Below are positions 27,768 through 36,654 of a stretch of 64,000 nucleotides of DNA, one piece after another. Source of the stretch: Candidatus Harrisonbacteria bacterium (GTDB lineage Bacteria; Patescibacteriota; Minisyncoccia; UBA6257; 02-FULL-45-10c); the NCBI GenBank assembly GCA_016214655.1, contig JACROC010000007.1, forward strand, positions 130,647-194,646. Direction: 5' to 3'. Both the position numbers and the translations under genes were made by a program. The notes under the pieces were generated by a model. That model worked only from the letters and a program-made list of their open reading frames with translations. It had not been told where the DNA came from and ran no database searches. Within the stretch, counting starts at the first letter, position 1. Every line of letters begins with the position of its first letter.

Positions 27768-28859
27768 ATGCTAAATAGCTTTCAAAAAACTGATTCAGTA
27801 GTTGCCCAGCTAATGAAATCTTCTCCGGATTTAGCGGCTATGCTTAAGGAGGGAGATTTAGCAAATGGCAGGTTATTGATAAGAATGCCGCGGGCAGTTT
27901 ATTTTGATCTGGGTAAATTTGGAACCGGCGTGGTGTATGGTGTTGAGCTTTTAAATGCAAGAGAGGTTTTAAAGAATTTAAAGGAGGGAGATGAGGTTAC
28001 CGCCAAGGTTCTGGAAACCGAGAATGATGACGGTTATGTCGAGTTGTCTTTAGCAGAAGCCGGAAAGCAAAAATCCTGGCAAAGAATAAAAGAGCTATAT
28101 GAGAAAGGAGAAGATTTTTCAGTTAAGATTACCGGAGCGAATTCCGGCGGATTAATGGCGGATGTTGAGGGTCTGAAAGCTTTTCTTCCGGTTTCCCAGC
28201 TGGCCAGTGAGCATTATCCCCGGGTGGAAGAGGGAGATAAATCCAAAATTTTGGACGAACTCAAAAAATTTGTCGGTCAGGAGCTGCGGGTTAAGGTTTT
28301 GGATTTTAATTTGCGTTCCGATAAGTTGATTCTTTCCGAGCGGGAAACTGTGGTTAAAAACGTCCAGGAGAAGCTTAATAAGTATAAAACCGGCGATGTT
28401 ATTGACGGCATTATTTCCGGAGTGGCGGATTTTGGCGCCTTTATCAAATTTGCCGATGATCCGGAAATAGAGGGATTGATCCATATCTCCGAGCTTGATC
28501 ATCGGTTAATTGAAAATCCGAAAGACGTAGTTAAGGTGAACGATGCGGTAAAAGCGAAAATTTTGGAAATCAAAGATGGCCGGGTTACCTTATCTCTTAA
28601 GGCTTTAAGGGAAGATCCCTGGCTTAAAGTTGAAGAAAAATATAAAGCCGGGACAGATGTGCAAGGGAAAGTTCTTCGTTTTAACCCATTCGGAGCGTTC
28701 GTTTCTTTGGATCCGGAGATTCAGGGATTGATTCACGTTTCGGAATTCGGCGGCGTAGATGAAATGAAAGCTAAACTAAAAGAAGGCGAGACTTATACTT
28801 TTCATATTGACTCGGTAAAGCCGCAAGAAAAGAGAATTACTTTGAAGTTGAAGAAATAA
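27768..28859 (+). CDS. rpsA: 30S ribosomal protein S1 (four S1 domains)
   Basis: AFLPVSQL, FGAFI..EGLIHISEL, FGAFV..GLIHVSE; start may be a downstream Met. Confidence 0.9.
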   Translation: MLNSFQKTDSVVAQLMKSSPDLAAMLKEGDLANGRLLIRMPRAVYFDLGKFGTGVVYGVELLNAREVLKNLKEGDEVTAKVLETENDDGYVELSLAEAGKQKSWQRIKELYEKGEDFSVKITGANSGGLMADVEGLKAFLPVSQLASEHYPRVEEGDKSKILDELKKFVGQELRVKVLDFNLRSDKLILSERETVVKNVQEKLNKYKTGDVIDGIISGVADFGAFIKFADDPEIEGLIHISELDHRLIENPKDVVKVNDAVKAKILEIKDGRVTLSLKALREDPWLKVEEKYKAGTDVQGKVLRFNPFGAFVSLDPEIQGLIHVSEFGGVDEMKAKLKEGETYTFHIDSVKPQEKRITLKLKK

Positions 28860-28881
28860 AAAACGCCCTAAGGCGTTTTTT
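28858..28881 (+). terminator. Intrinsic terminator
   Basis: aaaaaacgcc-ctaa-ggcgtttttt. Confidence 0.75.
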
Positions 28882-28972
28882 GTTGACTTTTGCCTTATTT
28901 TATTATATTATGTAATCAGTAAAGTTGTGCTTGGAAATTGACAACAAAAGATGGAAAGTGAGGTGAGAAAAG

Positions 28973-30664
28973 ATGAAATCGGGCGCGTTCCGGAAGTTAA
29001 GCGATGAAGAGATTGACTCAGCCTTTCTTGGAGAAGGAGAGAGATCTTCAATTTCAAGATCGGCCGATCCTACCGAGTCACAGATTGATATATCTGCCCC
29101 ACAAGGCGGACAGACACCCTGTGCGGTTAAGCTGGCGAATCAGGTTCTGGAGATAGCGCGAAAGCGTTTTTCGGATAACCAGGTTTTGGCCGGTTTGATT
29201 TCTTTTTATGATCAGCTGGATAATTTACTTAAGTCATTTTTCAATCCGGTAGTGCGCCAGACCTGGTGTCGGGATAATTATGAGAATTTTGACCGGGAGA
29301 TTAATTCACTTCGCGGCCAGCTGAATCAGTTCGGGTTTGCGAATTTGGAAGAGATAAATGAGTTGCGTTGCCAGTTCCGTGAAATACAACAGGAACTGCA
29401 GGGACCTGATAAGTGTTTGGAATGTGGTCACGATGTAGAGGATGAGGATGACGCGGAAGACAGAAAACTAATTTCTGGATTATTATTCACTCCACAGTTT
29501 AGTTTTTTGGTTTATACCAGGGAGCAGGATGGGCATGTTCCGGGCGAAATCCGGGAACGCGGCGGAAGGCCCATTCGAAAAGGATCTTTTGTAGCTGTGG
29601 ACGTTGATGAGCGGATTTGTTTTCATAAGATCCCGTTGCTCCTGGGTTTGGATAAGGGTTTTCATATTTTAGCGGCTACTCCGGAAAATATTTCCGAACT
29701 GCAAAATGTTCGGTTAAAGACGGAGTGGAAGGAAGATCGATATATTGATCAGCTAAGGTTGAGATTGAAAACTCTGTATGCCCAGCCCTATGAAGATGCG
29801 GCCTTAAGAGTTAAGGAGCTAATTAAGTATTTGGTTGAGCGTGAGGCGGAGCGGGAAAAACATAAGGATGCTGACCAGCATCTGGAGATTATTGACGTGG
29901 ATCGTGATTACGCGGTTGGCCAGGATCAATCCATGTTTGGCATCGGTCTGAGCTGTTTTACGGATGAACTGGATGCCTTGGTTTCCAAATCCGGCTTGAG
30001 CGAGACGCAAGTGATGGGTCTCGTGGTTGAGTGGATTAATCGAAGCGGGTCTTTAGATGATATTGAGACATACTTTGTGAAGAATCGCGGCGATGCCGAT
30101 GATCTTGGTAAACATAAGGTCAAGCGTTCAACTAAGCGTTTTGGTAAGCCCGGCGGGCTTGGTTTTCCTGGCGGAGGCGTTGAACCGGATTGCTGGAGCA
30201 AGGCCACTGAGGATTATTTGAAAAAGATATTGCCTCCGGTGCTTTGGCAAAAGACGCGCGGAAATTCTCTACAGAGTTCATTTTTTTACAGAAAAATCAC
30301 CAATCTTTGCCGGGAAATCTATGGCGAAAGCGGCCGTTGGCCAATCAAGATCTATGGCCGGGTTGCCAGAATCGTTAAGAATCAAACTCACCTTACCGAG
30401 TTTTGGCTGGTGCGCTTAGAAAGAAGCGCCAGCGGCGGCGTGAGAGAGCTGAATGAAATTGATTGCAATCAGACTAAGGATTGGCTGAAGCTGGGAGAGG
30501 TTTTTCAGATGCGGGTTGGCGGCCTGGATGTCCAGGGAAAGCGCCAGCGGAAAGATCTTCCCTATTGCAGCCATCTCCGCGTATTGGTTGAGAATTTTCT
30601 GGAAAGACAGAACATCCCGCTTACCGATGGCATGAAGAGCTTTAAGGGCAGGCTGAAGAAATAA
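28973..30664 (+). CDS. Hypothetical protein with possible C-terminal Nudix-like domain
   Basis: 563 aa; own promoter TTGACT-N17-TATTAT and GAGGTG SD; FPGGGVE...REIYGESG. Confidence 0.65.
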   Translation: MKSGAFRKLSDEEIDSAFLGEGERSSISRSADPTESQIDISAPQGGQTPCAVKLANQVLEIARKRFSDNQVLAGLISFYDQLDNLLKSFFNPVVRQTWCRDNYENFDREINSLRGQLNQFGFANLEEINELRCQFREIQQELQGPDKCLECGHDVEDEDDAEDRKLISGLLFTPQFSFLVYTREQDGHVPGEIRERGGRPIRKGSFVAVDVDERICFHKIPLLLGLDKGFHILAATPENISELQNVRLKTEWKEDRYIDQLRLRLKTLYAQPYEDAALRVKELIKYLVEREAEREKHKDADQHLEIIDVDRDYAVGQDQSMFGIGLSCFTDELDALVSKSGLSETQVMGLVVEWINRSGSLDDIETYFVKNRGDADDLGKHKVKRSTKRFGKPGGLGFPGGGVEPDCWSKATEDYLKKILPPVLWQKTRGNSLQSSFFYRKITNLCREIYGESGRWPIKIYGRVARIVKNQTHLTEFWLVRLERSASGGVRELNEIDCNQTKDWLKLGEVFQMRVGGLDVQGKRQRKDLPYCSHLRVLVENFLERQNIPLTDGMKSFKGRLKK

Positions 30665-30714
30665 AAAATTATTGGCCCCTATCAAACGGGGCCTTTTTTG
30701 TTTATAATAGGAAA

Positions 30715-32565
30715 ATGAAGAACAATATTAATAATCTGCTTTATAAAAATATTTTGTGGGCGACTATGACTCTATTGATATTGGCGATAGCCTTTTCTTT
30801 TTTATTCACGCAAAGCAAAGCCCCAACTGAATTAACCATCAGCGCTTTGGCGGAAAAAATTAATAAAGGCGAGGTGGAAAAAATTATTGTCAGCGGCAAT
30901 AATCTGGCTATTGATTTAAAGAACGGAGAAAAAGCAGTAGCTAAAAAAGAAACCGAACTCGGGCTTTCCCAGACTTTAAATAATTACGGCGTTAATTATT
31001 CGGCGCTTCAGGCGGTGGCTTTGGAAGTTAAAGATGAATCCGGATTTCAGTTTTGGGTAGGAATATTGCTTCCCACTATTTTGCCTTTAATAGTTATCGG
31101 CGTAATGTTTTGGCTGATTTTCCGGCAGGCGAAATCCGGAGCGGCGCAGGCGTTCAGTTTTGGCCGCGCTAACATTAAAATGTTCCATTCTTTTAAGGAT
31201 CGCATAACTTTTAAGGATGTCGCCGGACTTAAAGAAGCTAAACAAGAACTGGAAGAGGTGGTGGATTTTTTGAAAAATCCGAAAAAATTTTTGGAAATGG
31301 GCGCCAGGATTCCGCGCGGAGTTTTACTGATGGGCGCGCCTGGAACAGGTAAGACTTTACTCGCACGGGCAGTGGCCGGAGAAGCTAATGTTCCCTTTTT
31401 CCATCTTTCCGCTTCAGAATTTGTGGAGATGTTTGTTGGTGTGGGCGCTTCCAGGACTCGGGATGCTTTTGCAACTGCAAAAAAAGCCGCGCCATCTATC
31501 TTATTTATAGATGAAATTGACGCGGTTGGCAGAGAACGCGGCGCCGGGCTTGGCGGGGGGCATGACGAGCGCGAACAGACTTTAAATCAGATTTTGGTGG
31601 AGATGGATGGTTTTGATCGCGATACTAATGTAATCGTGCTGGCGGCAACTAATCGTCCGGATATTTTAGATCGCGCGCTTCTCCGTCCGGGAAGGTTCGA
31701 TCGGAGAGTATTTTTAGATTTACCAGACATTAAAGACAGAGAAGAGATTCTAAAGCTTCATGCCGAGGAAAAACCGCTTGCTAAAGATGTGGATTTAAAA
31801 AAAGTAGCAGTGCGTACCCCGGGATTTTCCGGCGCTGATTTGGCTAATTTAATGAATGAATCGGCAATTTTGGCGGCTAGGCATAATCATAAATTAGTTG
31901 CACAGGAAGATCTTTATAATTCTATTGAAAAAGTTCTTCTCGGGCCGGAACGGAAAAACCGCGTAATTACGGAAAAAGAAAAAGAAATTACTGCCTATCA
32001 TGAGGCTGGACATGCTTTGGTAGCGGCCAGCTTAAAAGACGCTGACCCGGTTCATAAAGTTTCGATTGTCAGCCGCGGACGCGCCGGCGGTTACACTTTA
32101 AAATTGCCGGTTGAAGAATTGCACCTGCGAAGCCGGACCCAGTTTTTGACTGATATTGCGGTAGCGCTCGGCGGTTTTGTAGCGGAAAAATTTGTTTTCG
32201 GCGATATCAGCACCGGCGCTTCTAATGATATAAAAGAAGCTTCAAAATTAGCCCGGGCTTTAGTGACTCAATATGGGATGAGCGAAGAATTAGGACCGCA
32301 GACTTTCGGTGAGTCGCATGAACTTATCTTTTTAGGCAAGGAATTGGGAGGCGAGAAAAATTATTCGGAAACTGTGGCAACTAAGATTGATGAAGAGGTG
32401 AAGAATTTTATTGACCGGGGGTTTGAGTCGGCGAAAAAAATAATCAGCAGCCGGAAAAAAGTTTTGGATGCGATTGCCAAGACTTTAATAGAAAAAGAAA
32501 CTTTGGAGAGGGAGGAATTTGATAAGTTGGTTGGTGGATTTAAGTTGAAGCCGCTCGCTATATAA
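30715..32565 (+). CDS. ftsH: ATP-dependent zinc metalloprotease FtsH
   Basis: Two [28 protein letters not shown]. Confidence 0.97.
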   Translation: MKNNINNLLYKNILWATMTLLILAIAFSFLFTQSKAPTELTISALAEKINKGEVEKIIVSGNNLAIDLKNGEKAVAKKETELGLSQTLNNYGVNYSALQAVALEVKDESGFQFWVGILLPTILPLIVIGVMFWLIFRQAKSGAAQAFSFGRANIKMFHSFKDRITFKDVAGLKEAKQELEEVVDFLKNPKKFLEMGARIPRGVLLMGAPGTGKTLLARAVAGEANVPFFHLSASEFVEMFVGVGASRTRDAFATAKKAAPSILFIDEIDAVGRERGAGLGGGHDEREQTLNQILVEMDGFDRDTNVIVLAATNRPDILDRALLRPGRFDRRVFLDLPDIKDREEILKLHAEEKPLAKDVDLKKVAVRTPGFSGADLANLMNESAILAARHNHKLVAQEDLYNSIEKVLLGPERKNRVITEKEKEITAYHEAGHALVAASLKDADPVHKVSIVSRGRAGGYTLKLPVEELHLRSRTQFLTDIAVALGGFVAEKFVFGDISTGASNDIKEASKLARALVTQYGMSEELGPQTFGESHELIFLGKELGGEKNYSETVATKIDEEVKNFIDRGFESAKKIISSRKKVLDAIAKTLIEKETLEREEFDKLVGGFKLKPLAI

Positions 32566-32583
32566 TTTTTATCTTTTTTAAAA

Positions 32584-32726
32584 CCAGCCAGCATATTTCT
32601 ATGAGCACCGATGTCGCTCCGCTCTAGCTGCGGAGCGCATCTACGCCTCAGCAGAAAAAATCCCGCTGCGCGGGATAACAAGCTTTTTCTGCCTCCGTAG
32701 TTGCTCTACGAAACATACTGGCTGTT
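32584..32726. repeat. Structured multi-stem repeat, copy 2 (most divergent)
   Basis: Same stem order and ctacgcctc...tccgtagttgc core as the other copies, with different stem sequences. Confidence 0.75.
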
Positions 32727-32842
32727 TTTATTTAAAAATTATACAACTCGCTTATATTGTTATTTTAAAAAGCAAAAGCCCCGCCTATGTAAGCGCGGGG
32801 CTGTGAGGAGATAAAGCTCTCCTCGGGCTTTGTTCTACCCTC

Positions 32843-33271
32843 TTACCGCATGGTATAAGGGAATGGCGCGTCGCTGCTGAGGTTTTCGATGGGCCGAACC
32901 AGTATCTTGCCGGCTTTGGAGGCTTCGCAGTCAAAGGTGCAATCTGCCACCTTGCCTTGATCGAAACCAACATCGCGGTAAAGGAAGCTGATTCTGATTT
33001 TGGCCCACTGTCGACTTATCGACATGATGCCCTCGGCCTTGATCAGTCCCTCCACCCAGTTCTTTTTTTCATCGCCAGGCGAATAGACGCGGATCTTCAT
33101 CGAGAGGCGACGCTGATCCTGGTACTCCAGCCCTTCCCGGCTTTCGATGTTGAGGTCTGATTCCACCCAGCGTCCATTGACCTGCGCCATCGAGCAGAGT
33201 CCTCGATGTTGAAGGATCGCCCTCACCATTTCAATGGCGAGGCTAGTCGTCTGACTGTGGCTGATTTTCAT
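32843..33271 (-). CDS. Hypothetical protein
   Basis: Start MKISH after AGGAG; upstream TTGACA/TATAAT promoter; higher GC than flanks. Confidence 0.65.
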   Translation of the reverse strand: MKISHSQTTSLAIEMVRAILQHRGLCSMAQVNGRWVESDLNIESREGLEYQDQRRLSMKIRVYSPGDEKKNWVEGLIKAEGIMSISRQWAKIRISFLYRDVGFDQGKVADCTFDCEASKAGKILVRPIENLSSDAPFPYTMR

Positions 33272-33472
33272 TGTTTTTTCTCCTGTCGTAGGATTCGTCA
33301 GCCGAAGGCTGGCGCGCTGTTGTCTCAACAGCGATTTAGCAAGAAGTTTTCCGACCAAATCGCTGCTGAGAAGATTTTAAAAGAGCTTTATTCTTATAAA
33401 TATATTATACCATATTGGAGTAATTTGTCAATAGTTGGAAAAAGTGTTACTTTAGAGTAAAATATTTTTAAT

Positions 33473-33545
33473 GGGTGCGTAGCTCAGCGGTTAGAGCTTT
33501 CGTCTTATACACGAATGGCCCCTGGTTCGAATCCAGGCGCACCCA
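33473..33545 (+). tRNA. tRNA-Ile(TAT)
   Basis: GGGTGCG/CGCACCC acceptor, TTCGT-CT TAT AC-ACGAA anticodon arm, GTTCGAATC. Confidence 0.9.
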
Positions 33546-33552
33546 CAAAATT

Positions 33553-33804
33553 ATGTTAAAGTCTCCGGAATTACAAAAATCAAAAAAAGAAAATAAAGGC
33601 GAAAGCGAATTAGAATTTACCAATCAGGCACAGATGGAATTAATGAAGCGGTCATCTTTAAAGTCGCAAGAATGGGTTGAAAAATATGCTAAAGATTTCC
33701 GCGATCTTTATGAGAAAAATAAAGAACAATTTTCAGAAATTTATGATCGTGACCCGGAAGAATTATACGTGCTTTTGAATTTTATCCTTACTAGTAAACA
33801 ATAA
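33553..33804 (+). CDS. Small hypothetical protein
   Basis: 83 aa from MLKSPELQ after trimming the tRNA overlap. Confidence 0.55.
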   Translation: MLKSPELQKSKKENKGESELEFTNQAQMELMKRSSLKSQEWVEKYAKDFRDLYEKNKEQFSEIYDRDPEELYVLLNFILTSKQ

Positions 33805-33809
33805 ATTTT

Positions 33810-33953
33810 GCGTTCGCTACCTATTTGCCTACCGGTACCGGCGTTCGCCGACTCCTGCGGTCGGCGTCGCCTACGCCTCGCCGCGATTTTTTGCTTCGCA
33901 AAACCAAGCAAATCGCGGCTCCGTAGTTACCGCACGACAGACAGGTAGCTCAC
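33810..33953. repeat. Structured multi-stem repeat, copy 3
   Basis: Clear homology to 8147-8294 with compensatory changes. Confidence 0.8.
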
Positions 33954-34138
33954 TTGTTGTATGATAACCAAAAATTCTGTGAGGCTGATTCGGGCTGGCG
34001 GTGGGATCAATTTAGCTCCCTTTAGGGAGCTTTATAAATATAGGCGTTCAGCCGAAGAGAGTTTTTGGTTTTATTGACTTTGCAGTCGTTTTTAAATAAA
34101 GTTTGTTGGTAAATTGAAAACTAGAAAAAGAATAGTTT

Positions 34139-34576
34139 GTGGCAGAGAAAAATTCCCGGCAGAGAATTGATGTAGTTAAGCAATGGTTTGATAATCACCC
34201 GTTTGTCCGATGGTTTGAGTTGTCGCTTACGCATATTGATAATCAGTCTACGGTTGTAGAGATGCCTATCTGCGTTAAACATTGCACTGGAAATGGCATT
34301 GTGACTGGCGGAGTGCATGCGGTTCTCGGTAATGCGGCTGGTGTGGCTCTGGCAATGATGCATTCGGAAAATTTTACTCCGCTGGCAGAAATAAATAGTT
34401 TGAAATTCTGCCGCCCGGTTAAATTGAGCGACGAAAGACTTTTGGCCGAAGCGCAATTTCTGGGAATCGAGCAAAATAGAATTCTAATTAAAGTATTAAT
34501 TAAAAATTCTGTTGGTGAATTAAAAGCTGAAGGAATTTTTGAATACGCGCTTCTGGATAAGCCATACAATTCCTGA
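34139..34576 (+). CDS. PaaI family (hotdog-fold) thioesterase
   Basis: HPF, G.GIVTGGVHAVLGNAAG, LKFCRPV. Confidence 0.75.
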   Translation: MAEKNSRQRIDVVKQWFDNHPFVRWFELSLTHIDNQSTVVEMPICVKHCTGNGIVTGGVHAVLGNAAGVALAMMHSENFTPLAEINSLKFCRPVKLSDERLLAEAQFLGIEQNRILIKVLIKNSVGELKAEGIFEYALLDKPYNS

Positions 34577-34623
34577 CGGTAATAATAAAAACACCACGGT
34601 TGTAACACCGTGGTTTATTATTT

Positions 34624-35625
34624 TTATTTTGCTGCGTAACTTTTTGGAGCAATGCAGTCTTCTGGCTTTTTGTCAGTTCGGAAATCGACCAGTTTGGCAT
34701 CATTAAGTTTTCCACTTTTGAATCTGCCTTCAAACTTCAGTTGGATTACTAATGGTAATTTTGCGCTTAATAATTCTTTCCGCATTTGCACAGTGAATAG
34801 GCCGAATTTCCCGCAGGAGAATTCTTTGCCAGTTTTCGGATCTACTTGCGAAAGACAAACTTCCTTTACTAATCCAGTTTTGTCATTAAGCACTAAGCTT
34901 CTTACAACGAAATCATCCTCATAAATAGGCTTCCATTTGTAACAGCCTTTTGGTCTGGCAGGACTTTTGCCGTCTAAACGATAGGAACCGGTAAAATCCT
35001 TTGCATAGAGCACCAATCCTTCCCATGCATGTTCGTTAACTGCCTTATTCTTTTTGACTAACGCCTTAGCTTCGTCATAAGTCATATTCATTACTGGAAC
35101 TGGAATGATATGTTGAGGCTTAGTCCTTTGGAGTATCTGACTGATTAATTCCAGCTGTTTTTCATAAGGATCCGTGAGCCGGCACTGGCCGCCCAAGAAT
35201 ATTACTTGGAAAATCATTAATCTCATGTATCCATTTTCCAATTGGAAGCGGAGAGCCTTTTCTTTATCAGATTGCATGATGCTGATTACCTTTCCGCGGT
35301 CATCACCGTTTTCCAAATCTACGATTCCTTCGCCAACTAACATAGTCTGGTTGGGAAGATTAAGCTTCTGTAGTTCTGCCTTGATATGGTCTAGGCAATC
35401 AACTTCATTAATGCCATCGGTATAAATTTTCCATTTGCCATTGGCTTTTACCGCGAATAGTTTCCAACCATCGCGTTTTCTGGTGATAATTAGCCTTCTT
35501 TCGCGTTCTAATTGATAAACAACTTCTTCTTTGAAGGTTCCCTGCTGTAATGGTTTAGACATAACTAAGCCCTTTGGCAGCGGATCAAAACACGGCTTCG
35601 GAACAACTCCCCTTTCAGTTTTCAA
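34624..35625 (-). CDS. Compact ATP-dependent DNA ligase-like protein
   Basis: Motif I TRKRDG, III LVGEG, IV EGLVL, V KWKP, C-terminal FRTDK; TTG start with AGGAGG. Confidence 0.75.
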   Translation of the reverse strand: MKTERGVVPKPCFDPLPKGLVMSKPLQQGTFKEEVVYQLERERRLIITRKRDGWKLFAVKANGKWKIYTDGINEVDCLDHIKAELQKLNLPNQTMLVGEGIVDLENGDDRGKVISIMQSDKEKALRFQLENGYMRLMIFQVIFLGGQCRLTDPYEKQLELISQILQRTKPQHIIPVPVMNMTYDEAKALVKKNKAVNEHAWEGLVLYAKDFTGSYRLDGKSPARPKGCYKWKPIYEDDFVVRSLVLNDKTGLVKEVCLSQVDPKTGKEFSCGKFGLFTVQMRKELLSAKLPLVIQLKFEGRFKSGKLNDAKLVDFRTDKKPEDCIAPKSYAAK

Positions 35626-35746
35626 CGAACGTCCTCCTGCTATCTCTGCTTACACAAAGATAGCATAGTAATATAATCGCTGTTGATAATTTTGTCAATA
35701 GCCGATAAGATAGTCAATATCGGCGTGTTCGCTGTTGCAATTTTTT

Positions 35747-35819
35747 GGGCGCTTAACTCAGTGGCCAGAGTGCTTCCTTTACACGGAAGAAGTCGGGGGT
35801 TCAAATCCCTCAGCGCCCA
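35747..35819 (+). tRNA. tRNA-Val(TAC)
   Basis: GGGCGCT/AGCGCCC acceptor, CTTCC-TT TAC AC-GGAAG, GTTCAAATC. Confidence 0.95.
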
Positions 35820-35879
35820 CAGTGTAAATTTTGCACCAAAACGAACCCGTATGTTATTATTAACATAAGGTATTATTTT

Positions 35880-36560
35880 GTGTTTCGTTTTATGAAATTT
35901 GAGGAAAAGAAATTAGCAAAAGAATTGCGTACCAGAGGAGATTCCATTAAGGAGATAGCTAAAAAATTAGCAGTTTCAAAAAGCTCTGTAAGTTTATGGG
36001 TGCGTGATATTCAATTGACTAAAGCTCAAAAACAAATCTTGTCTGAAAAAGGAGTTAGAAAAGAAATTATAGAAAAGAGAAGGGTAACCCGCTTAATAAA
36101 TGAATCTATTCGCAGACGCGTCATTATTGATAGCGCTAAACAGGATATTTCGGGGTTATCTAAATTAGAGTTATTACTTATCGGATCGGCATTGTATTGG
36201 GCCGAGGGAAGTAAGAGAAGCAAGGGAACTGTAATATTGTCTAATGGCGACCCCCTAATGATCAAATTGATGATGAGATTCTTTAGAGAAAATTGTGGGG
36301 TTCCAGAAAGTAAGTTTAGAGGATATATTCATATTCATCCTCATTTAGATTTTAAAAAAGCAGAAATTTATTGGGCAGATATTTCTGGGATTCCACTAAA
36401 TCAATTTTATAAAACTTATCGTAAACCAAATATATCTAGCAAAAATAAGAAAGATACGCTCCCATTCGGAACCTTTGATATCACAATTTGTGATACTGTT
36501 TTGTTGCTTAAAATCAAGGGCTGGATAGAAAAACTTAGTGAGATTGCCAAATTAGATTGA
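35880..36560 (+). CDS. HTH + LAGLIDADG-like protein
   Basis: SIKEIAKKLAVSKSSVSLWVRD helix-turn-helix; ALYWAEGSK...SNGDP..IK segment; AT-rich; start may be MKFEE. Confidence 0.65.
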   Translation: MFRFMKFEEKKLAKELRTRGDSIKEIAKKLAVSKSSVSLWVRDIQLTKAQKQILSEKGVRKEIIEKRRVTRLINESIRRRVIIDSAKQDISGLSKLELLLIGSALYWAEGSKRSKGTVILSNGDPLMIKLMMRFFRENCGVPESKFRGYIHIHPHLDFKKAEIYWADISGIPLNQFYKTYRKPNISSKNKKDTLPFGTFDITICDTVLLLKIKGWIEKLSEIAKLD

Positions 36561-36566
36561 TACGAA

Positions 36567-36587
36567 GTTCAATTCCCTCGGCGCACA
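36567..36587 (+). repeat. Degenerate copy of the tRNA-Val 3' end (att-like)
   Basis: gttcaattccctcggcgcaca vs gttcaaatccctcagcgccca (35799-35819), 18/21 identical. Confidence 0.75.
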
Positions 36588-36654
36588 AAAAATCTCGCCT
36601 CACAGCGAGTTTTTTATTGAGTTCCTTTAAAAATGAAAGGCCCCAAGTGGTATG

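Noticed and set aside
33475-33552. N-terminal part of ORF 33475-33804; also ORFs 19381-19692 and 35683-35868
   Set aside because: They overlap tRNA genes.
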